From NCBI RefSeq assembly GCF_023055435.1, contig NW_025963779.1:20708001-20772000 (forward strand): 64,000 bases of DNA, written 5' to 3'. Positions 1 to 10,105 of this stretch are shown piece by piece. The notes beneath the pieces were generated by a model, which saw only the letters and a program-made list of their open reading frames with translations, did no database searches and was not told where the DNA came from. Positions within the stretch are counted from its first letter, which is position 1. Every line of letters begins with the position of its first letter. The DNA is from Haliotis rufescens (taxonomy: Eukaryota). Position numbers and translations under genes: made by a program.

Positions 1-1
1 C

Positions 2-3000
2 AAGAATACTGCAGCTTCTAATTCTAAACGAAAGAGGAATCTCACAAGGCAAATCATACCTGAACAAAATGTTGTGACAGGCAATAAAAAGTTAACTTCT
101 AAAGTCACCACGGCAGCAAAGGTGAGCGACACAGTTCAAACAAGAGAAAGAGGAACAATGGATGGAAGGATGCTGACTAGAACTGGGGTCCAAACACCTG
201 CCATTGCAGATACTGCATCTTCACCGGACACTGAAACAACAATTATGAAGTGTGTGGCTACAGCAATGGTGATGGGAGCCAAAACAGGTGCGGCAAAGGA
301 TTCTGGCATTATAACAATGAAAGGACTCATGGCTACCAATAAGAAAAGCTCAGATTCTGCCTTACTTCCGAAGACACAATCTAGAAACATGAAGATGGTG
401 GTTACTGCGAAAATGGGAGGATCAAGAGAAGCTGTTATGAAAGTCGATGAAATAGATGTGAATAAAGAAACAAAAACTGTTACAATGAAATGTGATGATA
501 CTGTTGATGTTAAAAACGTTAATGACCCAGATGCAACTGACATCTGTATCAAGCAAACCGACTCTTCTACAATTGACACTTCTGACCTGAAAGATACTGA
601 GGAAGATGAGGTCATGTTTTTTCAATGTTGGTCTTGGTATAGCACAAGGCCTGCAACAGTACACAACATTGAGGACTCCACCAATGCAGTTCTAGCTTCT
701 GAACTGCATGGCACATCTATGGAAGCTGCACGAAATGAAGAGAGTATGTCTTCTCTATTGCAATCATTTGGAAATCAAACTGGTCAGGAGGATCTAGCTT
801 TACCAATAACTTCAGCTCAAGAAACTGCGACTGAATGGCTCCAAAAGGATCGAGTTCATGGAGACACCCATGATCCATCAGGCATGACCACAATGTCCCT
901 AAGGAAAGAAGAAAACATAAAGAAATGGAGCACAATCATGATTGCTGACGAGGATCATAAAGGAACAAACGGGTGGAAAAGAAGTGATCTTACGAAGATT
1001 GATGACAAAGGAAATACAGTTTCACTTCACACCACAGCACACAACAGAAGCATACACCAAGAAGATGCGTCTGACTTTGACAATGAAGAAACAAATGTCA
1101 CACGAAGAAGCAATATCCCAGTGAAGACTGATGCGACAAAGTATAAAACTAGAGATCAAAAGCTGCAACGAGATATGCTTATAATTGATAATGAGAAAGC
1201 AAATAATACAGCAAAGAGCACGATTGATGCGCCAAAGAAAATAACTGGAATTACAACTGCAGCAACTACAACACTAAAGGACAATGTCCCGAAAAATAAC
1301 AATGAGAATGCACATGCAATAAGGAGAAGCAATATCCCAGTGAAGACTGCAGAGACAAACAGTACAGGTACCACTGAAGGTATCACTGATTTTGGCAGTG
1401 TGTCCGAGGGTGTAACCAGGATGAGTCATAATATTCTAACAGGGATAGAAAGAGGGGCTAGAGGTTTAACTGAGCAAGGAAGTGTGTCCCAAAGAGCAGA
1501 GATGTTTGATGCTTTGACACAGGTCAAGACTAAACAGGCCCTAATAAAAGTAAGAAAGGACAAGGACAGGATAGATTCAGATGGGACATCTCTAAAAGAC
1601 ACTGAACATGAGAGTGGGAATGAGCATCCAAGTAGCAATGTATCAGGGATTATCAACCGTTTTGAAAATGAACATTCCAGTGCACTATGCAAGGCCACAG
1701 ATATGAATCAGGTTGAAATAACACCAAGAGAAGAATATGTGCCTCAGGGCAAGATCAATGACGAGACAAGTGGGTCCGCACATTTGACCTCTAAAGGAAA
1801 CACCAGAGGGTCACTTGAAATCAGCATGGGAGGCGAAAGCACTATTCTGAAAACAAATGGTGTTGAAAGTGAAACAAAGGACACAGCTGCAGGCAAGATT
1901 GATCGTACTCCTGGCTCAGATACTGATATACAATATTCCCAAGAGAAAACTGGTCTACCTCAGCCTACAGAGAAGTATGATGCATCAAAAGTGAAGAGCC
2001 CACAAGCAGGTCTGGGTAGTATTAAAGATTCTGAGGGGAAAGGTGGTAGGTCGGAGTCTAGAGAGAGGATTGAAACACCCAAAGTGAACATCCCAGAAGC
2101 GAATCCCGTCACCACTAATGATTCCAAAGAGCAAAGCAATAAGGCTAAACTTGGAGATATGAAGGCCGCATTCACAGTGAAGATTCCAGATGCAGGTCCC
2201 GGTGACACTAAGGTTTCCAAAGAGAGAGGTGAGGGGGCTAAGTCTGGAGAGATGACGGATGCCTCAAAAAAGAACAACCCAGTGGCGAGTCTAGTCGCCA
2301 CCAATCTTCCAAAAGTGCAGGATGGAATACCTAAATCTGCAGAACAGAAGGACACACCCAAAGTGAAGATCACAGATATGAGCCTAGCTGCCACTAGTGT
2401 TTCCAAAGGGCAAGGTGGAATACCTAAATCTGGAGAAAAGAAGGACACACCCAAAGTGAAGATCGCAGATATGAGCCTAACTGCCACTAGTGTTTCGAAA
2501 GATGAAGGTGACACTAAGGTTTCCAAAGTGAAGGGTGATGGGGCTAAATCTGGAGAGGTGAAGGATGCCTCCAAAAAGAAAATACAAGAGGCGAGTCTAA
2601 ATACCACCAATCTTTCCAAAGAGCAAAGTGAAATACCTGAGCCTAGAGAAAAGTATGATACACCCAAAGTTAAAATCACAGAGACGACTCCAGTTACCAC
2701 TTGTGATTCCAAAGAGCAAGGTGATGGGCCTAAACCTGTTGAGATGAAGGCCGCATCCACAGTGAAGATTCCTGAGGCAGGTCACGGTAACATTAATGTT
2801 TCCAAAGAAAAAGGTGGCACTAAGGTTTCCAAAGTGAAAGGTGATGGGGCTAAGTCTGGAGAGATGAAGAATGCCTCCAAAGAGAACAACGCCGTGGCAA
2901 GTCTGGTCCCAACTCGTCTTCCAAAACTGCAGGGTGGAATACCCAAATCTGGAGAAAAGAAGGACACACCCAAAGTGAAGATCGCAGATATGAGCCTAAC

Positions 3001-6000
3001 TGCCACTAGTGTTTCCAAAGATCAAGGGGGAATACCTAAATCTGGAGCAAAGGAGGACACACCCAAAGTGATCATCACAGAGACGAGCCTAGCTAATACT
3101 AGTGTTTCCACAAGGCAAGGTGGAACACCTAAATCTGGAGAAAAGAAGGACACACCCAAAATGAAGAACACAGAGACGAGCCAAGCTGCCACACGTGTTT
3201 CGAAAGATAAAGGTGACACTAAGGTTTCCAAAGTGAAGGGTGATGGGGCTAAGTCTGGAGAGGTGAAGGATGCCTCCAAAAAGAAAATACCAGAGGCGAG
3301 TCTAGACACCACCAATCTTTCCAAAGAGCAAGGTGAAATACCTGAGCCTAGAGAAAAGTATGATACACCCAAAGTTAAAATCACAGAGACGACTCCAGTT
3401 ACCACTTGTGATTCCATAGAGCAAGGCGATGGGCCTGAACCTGTTGAGATGAAGGCCGCATCCACAGTGAAGATTCCAGATGCAGGTCGTGGTAACATTA
3501 ATGTTGCCAAAGAGCAAGGTGGCACCAAGGTTTCCAAAGTGAAAGGTGATGGGGCTAAACCTGGAGATATAAAGGATGCCTCCAAAAAGAAAGTCCCAGT
3601 GGGGAGTCTAGTCGCCACCAGTCTTTCAAAAGTGCAGAGTGAAATACCTAAATCTGGAGAAAAGAAGGACACACCCAAAGTGGAGATCACAGATATGAGA
3701 CTAGCTGCCACTAGTGTTTCCAAAGATCAAGAAGAAATACCTAAATCTGGAGAAATGAAGGACACACCAAAAATGAACATGACAGAGACAAGCCTAGCTA
3801 ATACTACTGTTTCCAAAGAGCAAGGTGGAAGACATAAATCTGGAGAAAAGAAGGACACACCCAAAGTGAAGATTGCAGATATGAGCCAAGCTGCCACTAG
3901 TGTTTCAAAAGATCAAGGGGAAATACCTAAATCTGGAGAAAAGAAGGACACACCCAAAGTGAAGATCACAGAGACGGGCCTAGCTGCCACTAGTGTTTCC
4001 AAAGAGGAAGGTGGACTACCTCAATCTGGAGAAAAGAAGGACACACCCAAAATGAAGATCACAGACACGAGCCAAGCTGACACTCGTGTTTCGAAAGATA
4101 AAGGTGCCACTAAGGTTTCCAAAGTGAAGGGTGATGGGGCTAGGTCTGGAGAGGTGAAGGATGCCTCCAAAAAGAAAATACCAGAGGCGAGTCTAGACAC
4201 CACTAATCTTTCCAAACAGCAAGGTGAAATACCTGAGCCTAGAGAAAAGTATGACACACCCAAAGTTAAAATCACAGAGACGACTCCAGTTACCACTTGT
4301 GATTCCAAAGAGCAAGGTGATGGGCCTGAACCTGTTGAGATGAAGGCCGCATCTACAGTGAAGATTCCAGAGGCAGGTCGCGGTAACATTAATGTTTCCA
4401 AAGAAAAAGGTGGCAACAAGGTTTCCAAAGTGAAAGGTGATGGGGCTAAGTCTGGAGAGATGAAGAATGCCTCCAAAGAGAACAACGCAGTGGCGAGTCT
4501 GGTCCCAACTCGTCCTCCAAAAGTGCAGGGTGGAATACCCAAATCTGGAGAAAAGAAGGACACACCCAAAGTGAAGATCGCAGATATGAGCCTAACTGCC
4601 ACTAGTGTTTCCAAAGAGCAAGGTGCCACTAAGGTTTCCAAAGTGAAAGGTGATGGGGCTAAACCTGGAGATATAAAGGATGCCTCCAAAAAGAAAATCC
4701 CAGTGGGGAGTCTAGTCGCCACCAGTCTTTCAAAAGTGCAGCGTGAAATACCTAAATCTGGAGAAAAGAAGGACACACCCAAAGTGGAGATCACAGATAT
4801 GAGCCTAGCTGCCACTAGTGTTTCCAAAGATCAAGGAGAAATACCTAAATCTGGAGCAAAGGAGGACACACCCAAAGTGATCATCACAGAGACGAGCCTA
4901 GCTAATACTAGTGTTTCCACAAGGCAAGATGGAACACCTAAATCTGGAGAAAAGAAGGACACACCCAAAATGAAGAACACAGAGACGAGCCAAGCTGCCA
5001 CACGTGTTTCGAAAGATAAAGGTGACACTAAGGTTTCCAAAGTGAAGGGTGATGGGGCTAAGTCTGGAGAGGTGAAGGATGCCTCCAAAAAGAAAATACC
5101 AGAGGCGAGTCTAGACACCACCAATCTTTCCAAACAGCAAGGTGAAATACCTGAGCCTAGAGAAAAGTATGACACACCCAAAGTTAAAATCACAGAGACG
5201 ACTCCAGTTACCACTTGTGATTCCAAAGAGCAAGACGATGGGCCTAAACCTGTTGAGATGAAGGCCGCATCCACAGTGAAGATTCCAGAGGCAGGTCCCG
5301 GTAACATTAATGTTGCCAAAGAGCAAGGTGGCACCAAGGTTTCCAAAGTGAAAGGTGATGGGGCTAAACCTGGAGATATAAAGGATGCCTCCAAAAAGAA
5401 AGTCCCAGTGGGGAGTCTAGTCGCCACCAGTCTTTCAAAAGTGCAGAGTGAAATACCTAAATCTAGAGAAAAGAAGGACACACCCAAAGTGGAGATCACA
5501 GATATGAGACTAGCTGCCACTAGTGTTTCCAAAGATCAAGAAGAAATACCTAAATCTGGAGAAATGAAGGACACCCCCAAAGTGAACATGACAGAGACGA
5601 GCCTAGCTAATTCTACTGTTTCCAAAGAGCAAGGTGGAAGACATAAATCTGGAGAAAAGAAGGACACACCCAAAGTGAAGATTGCAGATATGAGCCAAGC
5701 TGCTACTAGTGTTTCAAAAGATCAAGGGGAAATACCTAAATCTGGAGAAAAGAAGGACACACCCGAAGTGAAGATCACAGAGACGGGCCTAGCTGCCACT
5801 CGTGTTTCGAAAGATAAAGGTGACACTAAGGTTTCCAAAGTGAAGGGTGATGGGGCTAAATCTGGAGAGGTGAAGGATGCCTCCAAAAAGAAAATACAAG
5901 AGGCGAGTCTAGACACCACCGATCTTTCCAAAGAGCAAGGTGAAATACCTGAGCCTAGAGAAAAGTATGATACACCCAAAGTTAAAATCACAGAGACGGC

Positions 6001-9000
6001 TCCAGTTACCACTTGTGATTCCAAAGAGCAAGGTGATGGGCCTGAACCTGTTGAGATGAAGGCCGCATCCACAGTGAAGATTCCTGAGGCAGGTCGCGGT
6101 AACATTAATGTTTCCAAAGAAAAAGGTGGCACCAAGGTTTCCAAAGTGAAAGGTGATGGGGCTAAGTCTGGAGAGATGAAGAATGCCTCCAAAGAGAACA
6201 ACGCAGTGGCAAGTCTGGTTCCCACTCGTCTTCCAAAAGTGCAGGGTGGAATACCCAAATCTGGAGAAAAGAAGGACACACCCAAAGTGAAGATCGCAGA
6301 TTTGAGCCTAACTGCCACTAGTGTTTCCAAAGAGCAAGGTGACACTAAGGTTTCCAAAGTGAAAGGTGATGGGGCTAAACCTGGAGATATAAAGGATGCC
6401 TCCAAAAAGAAAATCCCAGTGGGGAGTCTAGTCGCCACCAGTCTTTCAAAAGTGCAGAGTGAAATACCTAAATCTGGAGAAAAGAAGGACACACCCAAAG
6501 TGGAGATCACAGATATGAGCCTAGCTGCCACTAGTGTGTCCAAAGATCAAGGGGAAATACCTAAATCTGGAGAGAAGAAGGACACACCCAAAATGAAGAT
6601 CACAGAGACGAGCCAAGCTGCCACACGTGTTTCCAAAGATAAAGGTGACACTAAGGTTTCCAAAGTGAAAGATGATGGGGCTAAGTCTGGAGAGATGAAG
6701 AATGCCTCCAAAGAGAACAACGCAGAGGCAAGTCTGGTCCCAACTCGTCTTTCAAAACTGCAGGGTGGAATACTTAAATCTGGAGAAAAGAAGGACGCAC
6801 CCAAAGTGAAGATCCCAGATATGAGCCAAGCTGCCACTAGTGTTTCTAAGGTTTCCAAAGAGCAAGGTGACACTAAGGTTTCCAAATTGAAAGGTGATGG
6901 GGCTAAGTCTGGAGAGATGAAGGATGCCTCCAAAAAGAACAATCTAGAGACGAGTCTAGTCGCCAATAATCTTTCAAAAGAGCAAAGTAGTATACCTAAA
7001 TCTGGAGAACAGAAGGACTCACCCAAAGTGAAGATCCCAGATACGAGTCTAGTTACCACTATTGTTCCCAACGAGCAGCGTGGTAGGCCTAAAGTCCGAG
7101 AGGGGAAGGATGCGCCCGGAGCGAAGATCCAAGAAGCAGGCCCGGATAACACTGAGATTCACAAAGAGAAAGGCGAATGGGCTAAACCTGGAGAGATGAA
7201 GGCCACATCCATCGTAAAGGTTCCAGAGGCGGGTCCCGGTAACACAAATGTTTCCAAAGAGAAAGGTAACGCTGAGAAATGTGATGGGGTTGAAACTGGA
7301 AAGATGAAGGTCGCATCCATTGTGGCGATTACAGAGGCAGGTCCGGATAACACTAATGTTTCCAATGAGCAAGTTGGAAGGCCTAAGGCTGGAGAGAAGA
7401 ATGATATACCCAAAGTGAAAATCCCAGAAACAAGTCTAGTTACCACTAGTTTTTCCAAAGAGCAGAGTGGTAGGCCTCAATTTTGGGAAAAGAAGGATGC
7501 AACCAAAGTGAAGATCCAAGAAGCAAGACCGGGTAATATTCAGGTTTCCAAAGAAAAGAGTGCTATTAAGGTTTCCAAAGTGAAAGGTGAGGGGGCCAAG
7601 CCTGGACAGATAAAGGCTGGAACTATAGTGAAGATTCAAGAGACAGGCAATGGTTACGTTAATGATAACAAGATGAAAGGTACTGGGGCTAAGACAGTAG
7701 AGATGAAGGTGGCATCCAAAGTAAAAACTAAGTTTTCCAAAGAGAATGGTGATTGGACTAATGCGAGAGAGAGAAAGGATACATCCAAACTAAAGATGCA
7801 AGGTAACACTACGGTTTCCCAAGGGAAAGAGAAAGGTGATAGGCCTAATCGGGGAGAGAGAATCGATGCACCTCAGAGCACAAACAGCATTTTCAAAGAA
7901 ACGCCTAAGCCAGAGGAGCACCCGGGTAACACTCCCGATTCTCAAAAGCGTGATACCAAACATGCCCCCAACATGGCGATTCTGGAGGCTCCAAGTAAGA
8001 CTCAAAATTCACCAGATCATGACGCTAGGCAAAATACCAAAACAAGAAAGGATGCACCCAAAGTGAAGATCTCAGATGCAGGTCCGAGTAGTACTAATAT
8101 TTCCCGAGAGAGAGATGGTAGTCCTAAGTCTGGGGGGAAGAAGGTTGCTTCCAAAGTGAAGACCCCAGAGACAGTTTCTGATATGACGAGAGATGCCCCA
8201 GTGCAAGAAGGTAGGCCTAAGCCAGAAGTGAAGAAGGCTGGTGTGGGAAACACCAAAGCTTCCCAAGATACAAGAAATGGGCTAAACCCAGGACAGAGAA
8301 TTGGTGCATCAAACATGAAGATCCCAGCAGGTAAAGGTAGTAGGCCAAAGCTTGGGGACAGCATACATGCCCCCAAAGCAACAATTCGAGAGGGAGCGAA
8401 TGGTAGCATTAAAGGTTCTCAAGAGCATGATGGTGGGCAAATTGTGGGAGAAGCGAAGAATGCAACCAAAGCGAAGATTCCAGAAGCATATCCGGGTTAC
8501 ATAAAAAGGTCCCTTTGTGAAAGAGAAGGAGAAAAGAATGATACACTCACCGCGAATATCCAAGAAGAGAGTCTGGATTATACTGATTATTCCCGAGATC
8601 AAAGTAATAAGCCTAAACCTGGAGAACAGAAGGATGCTCCCAAAGTGATGATTCCAGAAACAGCTCGGGGGAAGACGCAAGGTTTCCAAAAGCCTGATGG
8701 TAGGCAAAATATGGGAGAGAGGGTGGATGCACCCAAAGACAAGATCCTTGATATGGGTTCAGGAAACACAGAAATGGCCCAAGAAGAAAATGGTAGGTCA
8801 CGGCCAGGAGAGAGGAATGCCACAGTGGAGCTTCCAGAGGCAGCTCTGGCAAACACAATGTTTAACCAAGTGAAAGGTGGTAGGCCTCATCCTGGGGACA
8901 GCAAATATGCCACCACAGGAACGATATCAGAGCCAGATCCGGGTAACACTCAATATTTCCAAGAACAGGAAAGCAGGAAAAATACGAAGATGGGTGAAGT

Positions 9001-10105
9001 GAGGATTCCAGATGGTGGTAATCCTCAACCTGAAGACAGGAACGATGCACCTATAGTGATGACCCTAGATGCAGGTACAGATAACAACAAACTATCCCAA
9101 AAGCAAGATGGGATTCTTAAGTCTGGAATGAGGAAACTGAAGATCCCAGAAACATATCTTAATAACACCCAAAAGTCCCCAAAACAAGATGATAGGACTG
9201 ATCAGAGTGAGAGGAAGGATGCACCAAAAGTGAATATCACAAAGGCAGGTGCGGATAACACTAAACATCCCCAAGAGCATGGTGGTAGGCTTAAGCGTGG
9301 AGGGAGGAAGGAAGCGTCCAAAAGGCATGTTCCAAAGGCAGCGCCGTGTAACACTCAAGATTTTCGAGACAAAGTCAGTGGACTTAAGCTTTTAGAGAAT
9401 ATTGCATCCACAGTAAAGATTCAAGAAGTAGGCCCCGGCAATACTAAAGAGTCCCAGTTGCATGTTGGTAAGTCTAAGCCTGGAGGCAGGAAATATGCAC
9501 CTAAACTGAATGTTCGAGGCCTTGGTTACCCTACTGAGTCACACGTACGTGGCGGTAAGTCAACAACTTTGATAAGAAAGGAAGCACCAAAAGCGAAGAT
9601 CCTAGAGACAGGTCCGCGTAAGATTAAAGAATTCCCCAAACAAGGTCGTAGGCCTGGAGAGAGGAAATATGCACAGACAAAAGTGTTCTCAAGAATAAAG
9701 AAATGCGCATCCAACCGGATGCCTCGTGTCATGAAAGCAACTACAAGTAGAACTATTAACAAAAGAAAGCCTGCTACGGCTGTCCATAGTGTACACCCCA
9801 GTGGAAAGGATTCAGAGTTTCAGGGTGGAGGGACCAACATGACTGTTGTTACATCATTTCGGGGTCCAGTGTTTTCAAATCCGAAATGGGACGGTGATTC
9901 TACAATGAAAGACATTTTCTCATGGGGGGCGGCCATTGATACTGTTATCTCCAAACAAACCATCGAAGAACAAGAATCCACTTCTCGTGGAAGCAAGCAG
10001 GCAAAGGTATCACATGGAGATCACTTGAACTGTTACTGTCATTACAAATGTTCCTGTAAATTTGACGATACCTGTTTTTGCGGAAGGCAAGCAGACCACA
10101 GGTAG
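2..10105 (+). CDS. Giant coding exon (5'-partial) of a large low-complexity K/S/T/E/G-rich repetitive protein
   Basis: The frame is open from base 2 (KNTAASNSKRKR...), so the GTG 'start' at 74 is not real and the exon begins left of the window. There is no stop for >3,360 codons. About 1950-9700 is ~31-aa (93-nt) modules such as KSGEKKDTPKVKIADMSLTATSVSKDQGGIP. It ends at TAG 10103-10105, or at a candidate donor (AAG|GTATCA after 10006; CAG|GTAGTT after 10101). Confidence 0.8.
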   Translation, partial: KNTAASNSKRKRNLTRQIIPEQNVVTGNKKLTSKVTTAAKVSDTVQTRERGTMDGRMLTRTGVQTPAIADTASSPDTETTIMKCVATAMVMGAKTGAAKDSGIITMKGLMATNKKSSDSALLPKTQSRNMKMVVTAKMGGSREAVMKVDEIDVNKETKTVTMKCDDTVDVKNVNDPDATDICIKQTDSSTIDTSDLKDTEEDEVMFFQCWSWYSTRPATVHNIEDSTNAVLASELHGTSMEAARNEESMSSLLQSFGNQTGQEDLALPITSAQETATEWLQKDRVHGDTHDPSGMTTMSLRKEENIKKWSTIMIADEDHKGTNGWKRSDLTKIDDKGNTVSLHTTAHNRSIHQEDASDFDNEETNVTRRSNIPVKTDATKYKTRDQKLQRDMLIIDNEKANNTAKSTIDAPKKITGITTAATTTLKDNVPKNNNENAHAIRRSNIPVKTAETNSTGTTEGITDFGSVSEGVTRMSHNILTGIERGARGLTEQGSVSQRAEMFDALTQVKTKQALIKVRKDKDRIDSDGTSLKDTEHESGNEHPSSNVSGIINRFENEHSSALCKATDMNQVEITPREEYVPQGKINDETSGSAHLTSKGNTRGSLEISMGGESTILKTNGVESETKDTAAGKIDRTPGSDTDIQYSQEKTGLPQPTEKYDASKVKSPQAGLGSIKDSEGKGGRSESRERIETPKVNIPEANPVTTNDSKEQSNKAKLGDMKAAFTVKIPDAGPGDTKVSKERGEGAKSGEMTDASKKNNPVASLVATNLPKVQDGIPKSAEQKDTPKVKITDMSLAATSVSKGQGGIPKSGEKKDTPKVKIADMSLTATSVSKDEGDTKVSKVKGDGAKSGEVKDASKKKIQEASLNTTNLSKEQSEIPEPREKYDTPKVKITETTPVTTCDSKEQGDGPKPVEMKAASTVKIPEAGHGNINVSKEKGGTKVSKVKGDGAKSGEMKNASKENNAVASLVPTRLPKLQGGIPKSGEKKDTPKVKIADMSLTATSVSKDQGGIPKSGAKEDTPKVIITETSLANTSVSTRQGGTPKSGEKKDTPKMKNTETSQAATRVSKDKGDTKVSKVKGDGAKSGEVKDASKKKIPEASLDTTNLSKEQGEIPEPREKYDTPKVKITETTPVTTCDSIEQGDGPEPVEMKAASTVKIPDAGRGNINVAKEQGGTKVSKVKGDGAKPGDIKDASKKKVPVGSLVATSLSKVQSEIPKSGEKKDTPKVEITDMRLAATSVSKDQEEIPKSGEMKDTPKMNMTETSLANTTVSKEQGGRHKSGEKKDTPKVKIADMSQAATSVSKDQGEIPKSGEKKDTPKVKITETGLAATSVSKEEGGLPQSGEKKDTPKMKITDTSQADTRVSKDKGATKVSKVKGDGARSGEVKDASKKKIPEASLDTTNLSKQQGEIPEPREKYDTPKVKITETTPVTTCDSKEQGDGPEPVEMKAASTVKIPEAGRGNINVSKEKGGNKVSKVKGDGAKSGEMKNASKENNAVASLVPTRPPKVQGGIPKSGEKKDTPKVKIADMSLTATSVSKEQGATKVSKVKGDGAKPGDIKDASKKKIPVGSLVATSLSKVQREIPKSGEKKDTPKVEITDMSLAATSVSKDQGEIPKSGAKEDTPKVIITETSLANTSVSTRQDGTPKSGEKKDTPKMKNTETSQAATRVSKDKGDTKVSKVKGDGAKSGEVKDASKKKIPEASLDTTNLSKQQGEIPEPREKYDTPKVKITETTPVTTCDSKEQDDGPKPVEMKAASTVKIPEAGPGNINVAKEQGGTKVSKVKGDGAKPGDIKDASKKKVPVGSLVATSLSKVQSEIPKSREKKDTPKVEITDMRLAATSVSKDQEEIPKSGEMKDTPKVNMTETSLANSTVSKEQGGRHKSGEKKDTPKVKIADMSQAATSVSKDQGEIPKSGEKKDTPEVKITETGLAATRVSKDKGDTKVSKVKGDGAKSGEVKDASKKKIQEASLDTTDLSKEQGEIPEPREKYDTPKVKITETAPVTTCDSKEQGDGPEPVEMKAASTVKIPEAGRGNINVSKEKGGTKVSKVKGDGAKSGEMKNASKENNAVASLVPTRLPKVQGGIPKSGEKKDTPKVKIADLSLTATSVSKEQGDTKVSKVKGDGAKPGDIKDASKKKIPVGSLVATSLSKVQSEIPKSGEKKDTPKVEITDMSLAATSVSKDQGEIPKSGEKKDTPKMKITETSQAATRVSKDKGDTKVSKVKDDGAKSGEMKNASKENNAEASLVPTRLSKLQGGILKSGEKKDAPKVKIPDMSQAATSVSKVSKEQGDTKVSKLKGDGAKSGEMKDASKKNNLETSLVANNLSKEQSSIPKSGEQKDSPKVKIPDTSLVTTIVPNEQRGRPKVREGKDAPGAKIQEAGPDNTEIHKEKGEWAKPGEMKATSIVKVPEAGPGNTNVSKEKGNAEKCDGVETGKMKVASIVAITEAGPDNTNVSNEQVGRPKAGEKNDIPKVKIPETSLVTTSFSKEQSGRPQFWEKKDATKVKIQEARPGNIQVSKEKSAIKVSKVKGEGAKPGQIKAGTIVKIQETGNGYVNDNKMKGTGAKTVEMKVASKVKTKFSKENGDWTNARERKDTSKLKMQGNTTVSQGKEKGDRPNRGERIDAPQSTNSIFKETPKPEEHPGNTPDSQKRDTKHAPNMAILEAPSKTQNSPDHDARQNTKTRKDAPKVKISDAGPSSTNISRERDGSPKSGGKKVASKVKTPETVSDMTRDAPVQEGRPKPEVKKAGVGNTKASQDTRNGLNPGQRIGASNMKIPAGKGSRPKLGDSIHAPKATIREGANGSIKGSQEHDGGQIVGEAKNATKAKIPEAYPGYIKRSLCEREGEKNDTLTANIQEESLDYTDYSRDQSNKPKPGEQKDAPKVMIPETARGKTQGFQKPDGRQNMGERVDAPKDKILDMGSGNTEMAQEENGRSRPGERNATVELPEAALANTMFNQVKGGRPHPGDSKYATTGTISEPDPGNTQYFQEQESRKNTKMGEVRIPDGGNPQPEDRNDAPIVMTLDAGTDNNKLSQKQDGILKSGMRKLKIPETYLNNTQKSPKQDDRTDQSERKDAPKVNITKAGADNTKHPQEHGGRLKRGGRKEASKRHVPKAAPCNTQDFRDKVSGLKLLENIASTVKIQEVGPGNTKESQLHVGKSKPGGRKYAPKLNVRGLGYPTESHVRGGKSTTLIRKEAPKAKILETGPRKIKEFPKQGRRPGERKYAQTKVFSRIKKCASNRMPRVMKATTSRTINKRKPATAVHSVHPSGKDSEFQGGGTNMTVVTSFRGPVFSNPKWDGDSTMKDIFSWGAAIDTVISKQTIEEQESTSRGSKQAKVSHGDHLNCYCHYKCSCKFDDTCFCGRQADHR

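Noticed and set aside
136-9762. Many long minus-strand ORFs antisense to the giant ORF
   Set aside because: They are shadows of the repetitive + strand codon pattern, repeat with the same period and have no independent features.
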